From: an uncultured Rhodospirillaceae bacterium
GTDB taxonomy: Bacteria > Pseudomonadota > Alphaproteobacteria > UBA2966
Direction: 5' to 3'
DNA: 64,000 nt
Assembly (NCBI GenBank): GCA_964343605.1
Contig: CAYFKJ010000001.1
Span: forward strand, 959,535 to 1,023,534
The notes under the pieces are model-generated. The model had not been told where the DNA came from and made no database searches. It saw only the letters and a list, made by a program, of their open reading frames with translations. Position numbers and translations under genes: made by a program. Below, piece by piece: positions 1 to 9,784 of the stretch (positions are counted from its first letter, which is position 1; each line of letters begins with the position of its first letter).

Positions 1-211
1 CATCCGCCGCGCCGACCTTGTACCACACCATCTGGGTTACGACCGGCGCCCGGTGATCCTCGATCACCACGACCTGCATGCCGTTGTCGAGGGTGAACAG
101 ATTGGGATTGAAGAGCCCCGCTTTCGCGGGCAGTGCCCCAAACGCCAGCACAGCCAACAAGATGGCAGCCCTCGCCGTCCGTCGCGTCCAAAACAGATGA
201 AGGTATTTCAC
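1..211 (-). CDS. M16 (pitrilysin/insulinase) family zinc peptidase, N-terminal fragment; gene continues beyond window start
   Basis: Minus-strand frame is open from a GTG at 209-211 (RBS-like ggagaag upstream) to position 1. Translation [70 protein letters not shown] has a signal peptide plus the M16 N-terminal pattern (TLDNG..VV.ED...P.V....WY.VG). It is not in the ORF track because it runs off the edge. Confidence 0.45.
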   Translation of the reverse strand, partial: MKYLHLFWTRRTARAAILLAVLAFGALPAKAGLFNPNLFTLDNGMQVVVIEDHRAPVVTQMVWYKVGAAD

Positions 212-364
212 GATCTTCTCCGCCAATGATGGTTTCAGCCGCCTTTATGGCGGCGGGAAATGGCAAAAATATGGCTCCTCGGCAATGGGGCGCAAGCGAA
301 TTGCCTTCAATCTAACGTGAGTGGAAGCCGGCTGCACAGTGTACGGCGGCGTAAGATCCGAGCG

Positions 365-1000
365 TTAGAATAGTCCTTCTAGGAGGGTCTGTTTCTTGCG
401 GCGAATGACGGGAACCTGCGCGTCGCTCGCGGGCTTGCCTTCGGCAGCAATTTTCTTCAGACGCTCCGCTTCCTTGCCGGCATTGATGGTCGTGCCGTCC
501 AGATCGGGATTGGTGCGCCAGAACATGAGCTTATCGGCGAAGGTTTCGCCCTTCTCGCTGACCGCCGTGGTCTCTTGGCGAATGATGCGCCTGATGTCGG
601 ACTGCGACGGATCGGCGCCCGCGTGGCTGAGCATGGCGACTTCACCGGCGCTTTTTGGCGAATTGGACCGCGACGCATCCGCCAACGCCGCTTGCGCCCG
701 GCTTGAGGCGGAACCCGGTTGACCGGTCTGTTTCTTCTTCGTGCCGAAGACCGCGGAACGGGCTTCCTTGCCCGGACTCAGTCCGGCGGGACGGGGCGCC
801 CCCGGTTGCGGCGGCCGCAAGTTGTAATTGGGCGGGATGATCAGTGGCGCCTTGGTGACGACGGAGAATTCGTCCGGCGCTTTCTTGTTCAGGCCGAGCG
901 TTTCCTTGACGTTGGCGCAACCGCCCAAGACCAGCACTGCCGCAATGCCGAAGGCAAATACTGATGGCGCAAACCGCCGGGACGAGGGTGCATTTCTCAT
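365..1000 (-). CDS. DUF3035-type lipoprotein (lipobox LGGC), commonly found next to lspA in alphaproteobacteria
   Basis: N-terminal signal peptide with lipobox VLVLGGC. Low-complexity Pro/Ser-rich periplasmic protein. Conserved position downstream of lspA. Confidence 0.65.
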   Translation of the reverse strand: MRNAPSSRRFAPSVFAFGIAAVLVLGGCANVKETLGLNKKAPDEFSVVTKAPLIIPPNYNLRPPQPGAPRPAGLSPGKEARSAVFGTKKKQTGQPGSASSRAQAALADASRSNSPKSAGEVAMLSHAGADPSQSDIRRIIRQETTAVSEKGETFADKLMFWRTNPDLDGTTINAGKEAERLKKIAAEGKPASDAQVPVIRRKKQTLLEGLF

Positions 1001-1003
1001 AGG

Positions 1004-1477
1004 CTATTTTGTATCGCGTCCGCGCCCGGCGAACAAGCCGTCGAAGACCAAAATGGCGGCGCCGACGACAATTGCGGCGTCGGCGACGTTGAACGCCGGC
1101 CAGTGCCAGCCGGCCACGTGGGCGTCAAAGAAATCGGCGACCCGGCCCCACATGACGCGGTCGATGACGTTGCCGAAAGCGCCGCCGATTACCAGACCCA
1201 AGGCGCCGGCCACCCATTTGTTTTCGGCCTTTACCAGCCAACGCACCAAAACGCCGATAATGACCAGCGCCAATCCCGACAACAGCCAGGGTGCCCAAGC
1301 GCTGCCGCTTTGGAACATGCCGAAGCTTACGCCCGGATTCCAGACCATGACCAGATTGAAGAACGGCAGGAGTTCCAGGCGCCCGCCTGCCTCCGCCATG
1401 AGATCCATGAGCCACCATTTTGACACCCGGTCGAGGCCGCAGACAGCGACGGCCACAACCAGACCCTGGCGCAGCAT
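1004..1477 (-). CDS. lspA: Lipoprotein signal peptidase (signal peptidase II)
   Basis: 157 aa with 4 TM segments. Conserved LspA motifs (NxGxxFG..., FNVAD...). Start overlaps the ileS stop by 1 nt (TAATG). Confidence 0.9.
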   Translation of the reverse strand: MLRQGLVVAVAVCGLDRVSKWWLMDLMAEAGGRLELLPFFNLVMVWNPGVSFGMFQSGSAWAPWLLSGLALVIIGVLVRWLVKAENKWVAGALGLVIGGAFGNVIDRVMWGRVADFFDAHVAGWHWPAFNVADAAIVVGAAILVFDGLFAGRGRDTK

Positions 1478-4329
1478 TAGGCTTTTGCCGCGGCGGCGTT
1501 GGCGCCCGCCGAACGTTCGATCACGTCTGCACAGCGATGGCAGAGGTCGTCATGGTCTTTGCCGACCTCCGGCAGGACCATCCAGCAACGCTGGCATTTC
1601 TCACCTTCGGCATTGACCGGCTTGACCGCGACCCCGGCGACGTCTTCAAGGGTGAACGCATCGTCCGGCGCCGCGCCCGCCACCAATTCAACGCCCGAGG
1701 TGATGGCGATCTCCGCCAGATCGACGCCGTCCAAGGCGCCGGCGTTTTCGTCCGAAAGGTAGACTTCCGGCCATGCCTGGAGGCTGGAGCCGATCCGCTT
1801 TTCCCGGCGTTCGATTTCGAGCGCCCCGGTCACGACGCGCCGGATATCGCGGATGCGGGCCCATTTGGCTGCCAGTTCATCGTCACGCCAGGCGGCCGGT
1901 ACGTCCGGGAAAAGACGCAGGTGGACACTGCCGGTCTCATCCGGATAACGGCTGCGCCAGACCTCTTCCATGGAGAAGGCCAGGATGGGGGCGAACCAGG
2001 CCGTGAGGCAGGAGAAGACCTCATTGACAACCGTTCGGGCGGCGCGACGCCGCAGGCTGTCCGCACCATCGCAATAGAGCACGTCCTTGCGGATATCGAA
2101 GTAGAAGGCCGAAAGTTCAACAGTGCAGAAATTGTAAAGCGCCACGAACAGTCCGTGGAAATCGAAATCGTCGCAGCCCTTGCGAACGACGCCGTCCAAT
2201 TCGGCCAGGCGATGCAATACCCACCGCTCCAGTTCCGGCATTTCCGAGAAGTCGAGCTTTTCGGCCGGGTCGAATCCCTGCAGGTTGCCGAGCATGAAGC
2301 GGAAGGTGTTGCGCAGCCGCCGGTAGCCGTCGACCTGGCCCTTGATGATTTCCGGGCCGATCCTGAGATCTTCCGAATAATCCGAAGCGACGACCCAAAG
2401 CCTCAGGATGTCGGCGCCGTACTGGTCGATAACTTCCTGCGGTTCCACCGTGTTGCCCAGCGACTTCGACATCTTGTGGCCGTTGCCGTCCAGGAGGAAG
2501 CCGTGCGTCAGGACCGCATCGTATGGCGCCCGGCCGCGGGTACCGCAACTTTCCAGCAGCGAGGAGTGGAACCAGCCGCGGTGTTGGTCGGAACCCTCGA
2601 GATAGAGCGAAGCCGGCCACTGCAGATCGTCCCGGGATTCCAACACGTAGGTGTGGGTCGAGCCTGAATCGAACCAGACGTCGAGGATGTCCTCGACCTT
2701 TTCGAAATCGTCCGAATTGTAGTCGTTGCCGAGGAAGCGATCGTCGGCGGACGAGAACCAGGCGTCCGCCCCCTCGGCCTCGATGGCATTGGCGATGCGT
2801 TCGTTGACGGTCGCATCGCGCAGGGGTTCGCCGGTTTCCTTGGACACGTACACAGTGATCGGCACGCCCCAGGCCCGCTGGCGTGAAACCAGCCAGTCCG
2901 GCCGGTTGGCGATCATGCCGTGCAGCCGCGCCTGGCCCGAGTGCGGCACGAAGCGTGTCGCTTCGATGGCGGCGACGGCTGTATCCCGCAGGCCCGCTTC
3001 GGTCATCGAGATGAACCACTGCGGCGCATTGCGGAAGATCAATGGTGCCTTGGAGCGCCAGGAATGCGGATAGGAGTGAACCAACGTGCCGCGCGCCAGC
3101 AGCGCACCGGCCTCGGCCAGCGCCTCGCACACCGGATCATGGGCCTTGTAGACGTGAACGCCGGCGAATTTCGGCACGTGGTCGTAGTAGGTGCCGTCCT
3201 CTCCCACCGTTTGCGGCACTTCAACGCCGTGGGCCGTGCCGAGCTCGAAATCGTCGGCGCCGTGGCCCGGGGCGATGTGGACAACACCCGTTCCCTGTTC
3301 GGTGGTGACGAAGTCGCCGGGCAACATGCGCACATCGAAATCATAGCCCTCGCCGCGCCAGGGATGGGCCAGCAAGGTATCGTCGAACGCCGATGCATCA
3401 ACGTCGGCGACGGGCGTCAGCTTTTCAATGCCGGCGTCCTCGGCCACCTGATCCGCCAGCTCCGCCGCCAGCACAAGCGTTTCGCCCGGCTTGGCCAGGC
3501 TTTCCTCGGCCACGTCATCGACGCGATAGACCTTGTACTCGATGTCGGCGCCATAGCCGCAGGCCCGGTTGCCGGGCATGGTCCAGGGCGTCGTCGTCCA
3601 GATCACGACGCTGGCACCCTCAAGCTCGGGCGCGCCCGGCTTGACGACCGGAAATCGCACCCAGATGGTGTGCGAGGTATGGTCGTGGTATTCGATTTCC
3701 GCTTCGGCCAGCGAGGTTTTCTCGACCACCGACCACATCACCGCCTTAGCGCCCTTGTAGAGACTGCCGTCCATCAGGAACTTCTGTAGTTCACGGACGA
3801 TCTGCGCTTCGGCGGCAAAGGACATGGTGGTGTAGGGATTGTCCCAATCCCCGATCACGCCGAGGCGCTTGAATTCCGTGCGCTGGACGTCGATCCAGTG
3901 ATCAGCGAACTCACGGCATTCCTTGCGGAATTCGTCGATCGGCACCTCGTCCTTGTTCTTCCCGGCGTCACGGTACTTCTTTTCGATCTGCCACTCGATG
4001 GGCAGGCCGTGGCAATCCCAGCCCGGCACATAATTGGCGTCGCGCCCCATCATCTGCTGGGAGCGGTTGATCACGTCCTTCAGGATCTTGTTCAACGCAT
4101 GGCCCATATGCAGATGGCCGTTGGCGTAGGGCGGGCCGTCATGCAGGATGAACTTCTCGCGGCCCTTGGAATCCTCGCGCTGGCGGGCGTAAAGATCGAT
4201 CTCCTCCCAGTGGGCCAGGATATCGGGTTCCTTCTTGGGCAATCCCGCCTTCATGGGAAAGTCGGTACGGGGCAGGAAGACCGTCGATTTGTAGTCCGGT
4301 TTGCTGTTTTCGTCGGTGGGCGCAGACAT
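1477..4329 (-). CDS. ileS: Isoleucine--tRNA ligase
   Basis: 950 aa. Class I HIGH motif (PYANGHLHMGHALN) and KMSKS motif (KMSKSLGN). C-terminal zinc-finger Cys cluster (CQRCW...CHRC). Confidence 0.97.
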   Translation of the reverse strand: MSAPTDENSKPDYKSTVFLPRTDFPMKAGLPKKEPDILAHWEEIDLYARQREDSKGREKFILHDGPPYANGHLHMGHALNKILKDVINRSQQMMGRDANYVPGWDCHGLPIEWQIEKKYRDAGKNKDEVPIDEFRKECREFADHWIDVQRTEFKRLGVIGDWDNPYTTMSFAAEAQIVRELQKFLMDGSLYKGAKAVMWSVVEKTSLAEAEIEYHDHTSHTIWVRFPVVKPGAPELEGASVVIWTTTPWTMPGNRACGYGADIEYKVYRVDDVAEESLAKPGETLVLAAELADQVAEDAGIEKLTPVADVDASAFDDTLLAHPWRGEGYDFDVRMLPGDFVTTEQGTGVVHIAPGHGADDFELGTAHGVEVPQTVGEDGTYYDHVPKFAGVHVYKAHDPVCEALAEAGALLARGTLVHSYPHSWRSKAPLIFRNAPQWFISMTEAGLRDTAVAAIEATRFVPHSGQARLHGMIANRPDWLVSRQRAWGVPITVYVSKETGEPLRDATVNERIANAIEAEGADAWFSSADDRFLGNDYNSDDFEKVEDILDVWFDSGSTHTYVLESRDDLQWPASLYLEGSDQHRGWFHSSLLESCGTRGRAPYDAVLTHGFLLDGNGHKMSKSLGNTVEPQEVIDQYGADILRLWVVASDYSEDLRIGPEIIKGQVDGYRRLRNTFRFMLGNLQGFDPAEKLDFSEMPELERWVLHRLAELDGVVRKGCDDFDFHGLFVALYNFCTVELSAFYFDIRKDVLYCDGADSLRRRAARTVVNEVFSCLTAWFAPILAFSMEEVWRSRYPDETGSVHLRLFPDVPAAWRDDELAAKWARIRDIRRVVTGALEIERREKRIGSSLQAWPEVYLSDENAGALDGVDLAEIAITSGVELVAGAAPDDAFTLEDVAGVAVKPVNAEGEKCQRCWMVLPEVGKDHDDLCHRCADVIERSAGANAAAAKA

Positions 4330-4562
4330 AATGGATAGAGCCTATTCGATGGTATCGCCCGTGTCGCACGGATTGTGGCCAGGCGCTTTAACTGATCTTT
4401 GAAGAAAGGCCGCCGCCGTCGGCGGGGCGCAAACGCGTATCGTTCCCGGCCTTTAGGGCAAGGCCGGGCCCGTAATTCGTATCGTCCGGGCCGGGTTCTG
4501 GGGCGCCTTTTGCATATCCATCGCGGGGTTGTAACAAGTTGGGCTCTGGCTGTCGAGACGCT

Positions 4563-5600
4563 TCAACGCGAGGCATCCTCGGGCGCCGACAGCACGCCTT
4601 TGGGCCGGGCCGCCGCCGCAAGCGCCGCGCGGGCGGCCTTGGTGTCGGCGGCGATTTGCGCTGTCAGCTCCTCAAGGCCGTTGAATTTCCGCTCCGGCCG
4701 GATGTGTTCGACCAGCGCCACCCTGAGTTGACGGCCGTAAATATCACCGTCGAAGTCAAGAAAATGCACCTCCAGGAGTTCCTGTTCGCCGTCCCGGATC
4801 GTCGGCCGGCGGCCCAGGTTGGCGACGCCCTCACGCCAGTCGAGCGCTGCATCGCCCGCCCCGGCGTCGGCCTGTTCGTCACCCAACACGGCAACCCGCA
4901 CCGCATAGACGCCGAAGGCCGGGCGCAAATATTCCTCCAACGCCACGTTTGCGGTGGGAAAGCCGAGCTGGCGCCCCCGTTTGTCGCCATGGATCACCCG
5001 GCCGTCGATTTCCCACCAGTGGCCGAGATGCTGTGCCGCCTCCTTGGGACGGCCCTGCTGCAAGTGCTCGCGAATGGCGCTGGAGGCATAGATCTCTCCG
5101 GCGCCGCCGTCATCCGTCTTGTGGCGCATCGCCGGCACCTGGGTAAAGCCAAATCCCGCCTCGGCGGCGGTACGGCGCAGCAGACCGGCATCGCCGCCCC
5201 GGTCTTTGCCGAAGACGAAATCATAGCCGGTGACGACATGGCGCGCGGCCAGCCCCCTCACCAGCACCTCGTCAATGAACTCCTCGCCCGACTTATCGGC
5301 GAAGGCGCGGTCGAAATGCACGGCCACCATCAAATCCACGCCCAGCGTCGTGAGCTGTATGGCTTTGGCGCGGAACGGAGTCAGGCGGAACGGCGGCTGG
5401 TCGGGGCGAAACAGGACACGGGGGTGGGGCTCAAACGTCAGCACCGCCAATGGCGCGCCGAGGGCCTTGGCCAGCATTGCCGCCTCGCCGATAACCGCCC
5501 GATGACCCAAGTGGACGCCGTCGAAATTGCCGACCGCGACCACGGCCCCTTGAAGGTCCGCCGGGACATCCTCGTAGTGACGCAACACCCGCATAGTCAT
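4563..5600 (-). CDS. ribF: Bifunctional riboflavin kinase / FMN adenylyltransferase
   Basis: 345 aa. N-terminal nucleotidyltransferase motif GNFDGVHLGHRAVI. C-terminal riboflavin kinase domain. Conserved ribF-ileS-lspA synteny. Confidence 0.9.
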   Translation of the reverse strand: MTMRVLRHYEDVPADLQGAVVAVGNFDGVHLGHRAVIGEAAMLAKALGAPLAVLTFEPHPRVLFRPDQPPFRLTPFRAKAIQLTTLGVDLMVAVHFDRAFADKSGEEFIDEVLVRGLAARHVVTGYDFVFGKDRGGDAGLLRRTAAEAGFGFTQVPAMRHKTDDGGAGEIYASSAIREHLQQGRPKEAAQHLGHWWEIDGRVIHGDKRGRQLGFPTANVALEEYLRPAFGVYAVRVAVLGDEQADAGAGDAALDWREGVANLGRRPTIRDGEQELLEVHFLDFDGDIYGRQLRVALVEHIRPERKFNGLEELTAQIAADTKAARAALAAAARPKGVLSAPEDASR

Positions 5601-5641
5601 ATCGTCCGGACTCGCAAATTGAATTTTGCCGGGGTCGCGGC

Positions 5642-6070
5642 TTAGTCCTTGCTCGGCACCATGACCAAGGCGTCGCCGCCGATCACCATGGTATCACCGA
5701 CGTAGCATTCGGTCTTGAGCTTGGCCCGCTTTTTCTCGGGTACCAGTTCCGTCACGCTGACCCGCGTCTCCACGGTATCGCCGGGCCTTACCGGTGCCAG
5801 AAAACGGGTGTTTTGCGACATGTAGACGCAGCCGGGACCGGGCATTTTGGTGCCGATGATCGCCGAGATGAAGCCGACACTGAGGATGCCGTGGGCGATA
5901 CAGCCTTTGAACGGCGTTCCGGCGGCAAACGCGGGATCGAGATGCAGGGGATTGTTGTCGCCCGAAACGTCGGCGAACTTGGCGATATCGTCCTCCGTCA
6001 CCGTTTTCGTGAAGGTTTCGGCCATGCCGACCGACAGATCCTCAAAAAAGTAGCCGTGGATTTGCGTCAT
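5642..6070 (-). CDS. MaoC-like (R)-specific enoyl-CoA hydratase (single hot-dog fold)
   Basis: 142 aa. MaoC dehydratase signature region (GDNNPLHLDPAFAAGTPFKGCIAHG). Confidence 0.8.
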   Translation of the reverse strand: MTQIHGYFFEDLSVGMAETFTKTVTEDDIAKFADVSGDNNPLHLDPAFAAGTPFKGCIAHGILSVGFISAIIGTKMPGPGCVYMSQNTRFLAPVRPGDTVETRVSVTELVPEKKRAKLKTECYVGDTMVIGGDALVMVPSKD

Positions 6071-6269
6071 CAGGTGTTCCTATGCGGGGGAAGAGGAGCG
6101 ATTGCTGGGGAATTGTGCGGCGCAATATAGTAGAACCCCCCAAGCCCGGCAACCTAGGGGGATCAGGCGACATTGACGGCCCTGAGAGGGCACCGGTATC
6201 ATGTGCCGCCCGCACGTCGATGAAAGCCCCTCACCGGCGAATGGCGGACTAGAGGTATTTTCGAACCAA

Positions 6270-7436
6270 ATGTCATACACACCCAGTTCCATTAAAGACA
6301 TCGAATCGCTGTCCACCAAGATCCAGGATCTGGTCGATATGCTGCGCACCGACCGCCACAGCCGGTTGGGAATTACCGAGGTGGCCGCCGTCACCGAAGT
6401 GCTGATCGCGACGAGCCACCGTTATTTCTCGTCGCTCGACACGGCGCTATACAAGGAATTCAAGAACCTATCCGAGCACCTGGCGGACATGCATCAGGAA
6501 ATCGCCAAGGTGCAGGCCAGCAAGATCAAGGGCGAGAAATTGCCGAGTGCGGGCGAGGAACTCAACGCGATCGTACAATCGACGGAGGAAGCGACCAATA
6601 CGATCATGGAAGCCGCCGAAGAAATCATGGGCGGCGACATCAGTGATCCGGCGGCTTTCAAGGCCATGGCCGACGACGCCTGCATGCGCATGTTCGAAGC
6701 CTGTTCCTTTCAGGATATCACCGGCCAGCGCATTACCAAGGTTATCGGTACGCTGACCTACATCGAGGAACGCATCAGCCAGTTCGTCACCATCGCCGGT
6801 GACGTTACGGCCGAGGACGACGAGGTCGCGCCGACCGGAGATGCCGCTTTGTTGCATGGCCCGCAACTGGACGGTGAAGGCATCAGTCAGGATACCGTCG
6901 ACGCCATGATGGGCGGCGATGAAGCGCCGGTGTCGGAGGCCGCGCCGGTTGCCGAGGCAGCACCCGAGCCTGCCCCGGCTACGGAGGCAGCACCCGAACC
7001 TGCCGCGGCCGCGGAGGAGGCGCCCGAACCGACCCCAGAGGCGGAGGCGACACCTGAACCTGCCCCAGCCGCAGAGGCGGCTCCCGAACCTGCCCCTGAG
7101 GCGGAAGCGGCTCCCGAACCCGCTCCGGCTCCTGAGCCCGCGCCCGAACCGGCGCCCGAACCGGCGGCAGCGGCCGGAGAAGAACAAAGTCAGGGCGATA
7201 TCGACGCGCTGTTTGACGAAGCACCGGCGGCGGCGGAGCCCGCAGCCGAACCGGCCCCTGCCGCGGACCCGGCCCCGGAAGCGGCCGCCGCACCGGAACC
7301 TGCTGCTGATCCCGCGCCGGAACCAACCCCGGATGCCGCACCTTCCACGCCCGCAACCGACCCGGATCCGGCTCCGGCGGCGGACGACAACGGGGGCGAA
7401 TCCAGCCAGGCCGATATCGACGCATTGTTCGACTAG
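6270..7436 (+). CDS. cheZ: CheZ-like CheY-P phosphatase with extended Pro/Ala/Glu-rich C-terminal linker and two C-terminal-type CheY-docking motifs
   Basis: Conserved CheZ catalytic-region motif FQDITGQRITKV (E. coli FQDLTGQVIKR). N-terminal region similar to the CheZ helix (LVDMLRTDRHSRLG). Two copies of SQxDIDALFD (E. coli C-terminus SQDQVDDLLDSLGF). Start ambiguous between 6201 and 6270. Confidence 0.7.
   Translation: MSYTPSSIKDIESLSTKIQDLVDMLRTDRHSRLGITEVAAVTEVLIATSHRYFSSLDTALYKEFKNLSEHLADMHQEIAKVQASKIKGEKLPSAGEELNAIVQSTEEATNTIMEAAEEIMGGDISDPAAFKAMADDACMRMFEACSFQDITGQRITKVIGTLTYIEERISQFVTIAGDVTAEDDEVAPTGDAALLHGPQLDGEGISQDTVDAMMGGDEAPVSEAAPVAEAAPEPAPATEAAPEPAAAAEEAPEPTPEAEATPEPAPAAEAAPEPAPEAEAAPEPAPAPEPAPEPAPEPAAAAGEEQSQGDIDALFDEAPAAAEPAAEPAPAADPAPEAAAAPEPAADPAPEPTPDAAPSTPATDPDPAPAADDNGGESSQADIDALFD
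6949..7160 (+). repeat. Tandem ~30-bp near-repeats (about 6-7 units) encoding (E/A)APEPAPA linker inside cheZ-like gene
   Basis: Repeating units ggaggcagcacccgagcctgccccggctac / ggaggcagcacccgaacctgccgcggccgc / gaggcggctcccgaacctgcccctgaggcg etc. are visible directly. Confidence 0.6.
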
Positions 7437-7716
7437 CAACGGGACTTTCAGCCGGCTCAGTCTTTCACGGAACAGCGGGAGAGATGGAACAATTCGGCCC
7501 CATTTCCGGCAATAATTGCCTCGCTAAGGGTACGTGTGATCCAAAAACCCGATCCGCTTCTCGATTCCAACCCCGGAAATAATTCCTAAAAATCAATCGC
7601 TTGATCGTTCCTTTCCCGAAATGATCAGCTTTGGCACGGGTGTTGCTGGACTATCTGCGAAGACCGTTCACCGGAACTGTCAATGAAATCGATTTGCGCG
7701 GAAATGGGGCGATGCC

Positions 7717-8535
7717 ATGCCTATGTCGATTAACACCAATGTTGGTGCGATGGCTGCACTCAGAAATCTGAGCGTAACCAACAAGGGTCTGGAAAAGACA
7801 CAACTTCACGTAACAACCGGTCTCAAAGTCAATGGGCCGAAGGACGACGCGTCAACCTATGCGATCGCCCAACGCATGCGGGGCGACATATCCGGCATGC
7901 AGGCCGTAAAAACGGCGCTGGCAGCCGGTGAATCCACGGTTAACGTGGCGATTACCGCTGGTAAGGCCGCGGCCGATCTCCTCACGGAGATGAAGGCCAA
8001 GGTTGTGCAGGCCAACCAGGCCGGTCTCGACACGGATTCCAAATCCGCACTGCACAACGACTTTACGGCGTTGCGGGACCAGCTTGAAACCATCGTCAAG
8101 ACCGCCGAGTTCAACGGCAAGAACCTGCTCACCTCGACCGCGACCAATCTTACGGTGCTGAGCACCGTGGACGGCAGCACGATCACCGTGACCAAACAAG
8201 TGCTCGATGCCACAACCTTGACCATTCAAACATCGGATTTGTCCAGCTCGGCCAACGCGGCCACCGCGTTGAACCAAATCGATACGGCGATCAACACGGT
8301 CACGACCGCTCTTGCGGCTCTCGGTTCGTCTTCCAAACGGATCGAAGTCCAGACCGAGTTCACCACCCAGCTCGTCGACATCCTGAAGGAAGGCGTCGGT
8401 AACCTGGTGGATGCCGATCTGGCCGAGGAAAGCGCCAAACTGCAGTCTCTGCAGATCAAGCAGCAGCTCGGCGTGCAGGCGCTGTCCATCGCAAACGCCG
8501 GACCGCAGAGTATTCTGGCCCTGTTCAGGGCTTAA
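7717..8535 (+). CDS. fliC: Flagellin (short alphaproteobacterial type, 272 aa)
   Basis: Conserved flagellin N-terminus (SINTNVGAMAALRNLSVTNKGLEKTQ...GLKV) and C-terminus (LQSLQIKQQLGVQALSIANAGPQSILALFRA). Confidence 0.9.
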   Translation: MPMSINTNVGAMAALRNLSVTNKGLEKTQLHVTTGLKVNGPKDDASTYAIAQRMRGDISGMQAVKTALAAGESTVNVAITAGKAAADLLTEMKAKVVQANQAGLDTDSKSALHNDFTALRDQLETIVKTAEFNGKNLLTSTATNLTVLSTVDGSTITVTKQVLDATTLTIQTSDLSSSANAATALNQIDTAINTVTTALAALGSSSKRIEVQTEFTTQLVDILKEGVGNLVDADLAEESAKLQSLQIKQQLGVQALSIANAGPQSILALFRA

Positions 8536-8579
8536 TCTCGACGGACGTAAAGCCGAAGTCCTTCACCCCCTGACGCAGC

Positions 8580-8615
8580 GGCGCCGGGCCCACCAATTTC
8601 GGTGGTCCCGGCGCC
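8580..8615 (+). terminator. GC-rich hairpin about 45 nt downstream of flagellin stop
   Basis: ggcgccgggcccacc-aatttc-ggtggtcccggcgcc gives a 14-15 bp stem with 1 mismatch. It is followed by a weakly T-rich tract (gtcgttcggattc). Confidence 0.4.
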
Positions 8616-9241
8616 GGTCGTTCGGATTCGGGAATCTTCGCTCAGGCCCACCGATCAGACTTTGGTCAGCCAATCGTCGGCGATCCGCATCAGCCTCTGC
8701 GAACGCCGCCTGACAGAGGCGATATTGGTCCTCCCGAGGGTACTGTGGAAGCGGACGAAAGCACTCCTCGTTTCGCCGAGTTCATGGCGCAGTTTGAGGA
8801 TATTGTGGCGAAAATCCTCAACACCGCGGCGCTGGATTTCCAATCCGGCTTCCAACTTCGAAACGGCCCGCCTTAATCTGGCATGTGGGTCGCCGGACCG
8901 TTCGGATCTTCCATCAAGGGCTCTGAATTCAACGGCTATTACGTTATCGCTTCCAACCACCCCAACAACCTATATCGGCCGGCTACACAAGGCACGAAGG
9001 GTAGAAAAATGTTCCCCCCGCCGTCGAGTGACAAAACGTCGCACGATTTGTCGGATCTCGCTGAACGATTCCTGCCCGCTGCGTATTGGGGATTTCAGGC
9101 TTTCCGGAACGCCGAAAGGACTCGCAAAATTCGCCCGGATTGCGTTCACTTGACAGGAAAGTGCGAGGAGAGCGTCAGTGGTTCCGTGCGTCGCTCCTGG
9201 GATACGCACCGTCGAAAGTGGGGTTGGGAGGCCTGACCGTG

Positions 9242-9784
9242 ATGAGCCGAGATTCAATTCAAACCAACGGCAATCGCTATCGCGAGTCGTTTGGCCGATA
9301 TTTCGAGGAATTCGGCGTCGGCGACGTTTACGAACACCGCCCCGGCCGCACGATCTCGGAGGCGGACAATACCTGGTTCACGTTGCTCACCATGAACCAG
9401 CACCCCCTGCACTTCGATCATGAATATTGCCGTCACACCGAGTTCGGCCGGCCGCTGGTGAACAGCGCCCTGACGCTTTCGATCGTCGCCGGAATGAGCG
9501 TCTCGGACGTCAGCCAGAAGGCCATCGCAAACCTGGGCTGGACGGACATCCGCATGCCGGCGCCGGTGTTTCATGGCGACACGATCTACGCCGAGTCCGA
9601 AGTGCTGGAAAAACGCGAATCGAAATCGCGCCCCACCCAGGGCATCGTCACCGTGGAAACCCGGGCCCACAAGCAGGACGGTACGGAAATCATGAGCTAC
9701 AAGCGCTCGGTCCTGGTGCCGAAGATCGGCCACGGCGTCGATGACAAGATGGCCGAGGCGGCGGAAGACAAGGGAGGCGAATGA
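9242..9784 (+). CDS. MaoC family dehydratase (enoyl-CoA hydratase, hot-dog fold)
   Basis: Start at ATG 9242 with ggag RBS, where the MaoC-homologous part begins. Motif region NQHPLHFDHEYCRHTEFGRPLVNSALTLS. Stop overlaps the next gene start (ATGA). Confidence 0.75.
   Translation: MSRDSIQTNGNRYRESFGRYFEEFGVGDVYEHRPGRTISEADNTWFTLLTMNQHPLHFDHEYCRHTEFGRPLVNSALTLSIVAGMSVSDVSQKAIANLGWTDIRMPAPVFHGDTIYAESEVLEKRESKSRPTQGIVTVETRAHKQDGTEIMSYKRSVLVPKIGHGVDDKMAEAAEDKGGE

Noticed and set aside
133-315. 60-aa plus-strand ORF
   Set aside because: Overlaps the better-supported minus-strand M16 peptidase N-terminal fragment. No RBS or motif.
1420-2667. 415-aa plus-strand ORF
   Set aside because: Antisense to ileS. 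Arg/Gly-rich, with no motifs. It is the typical shadow ORF seen in a high-GC genome.
6468-7439. 323-aa minus-strand ORF and 198-aa plus-frame ORF (6919-7515), R/G/P-rich
   Set aside because: Both overlap the PAPE-repeat part of cheZ. The repeat DNA is stop-free in several frames. The composition (RGRGRFG...) is non-protein-like.
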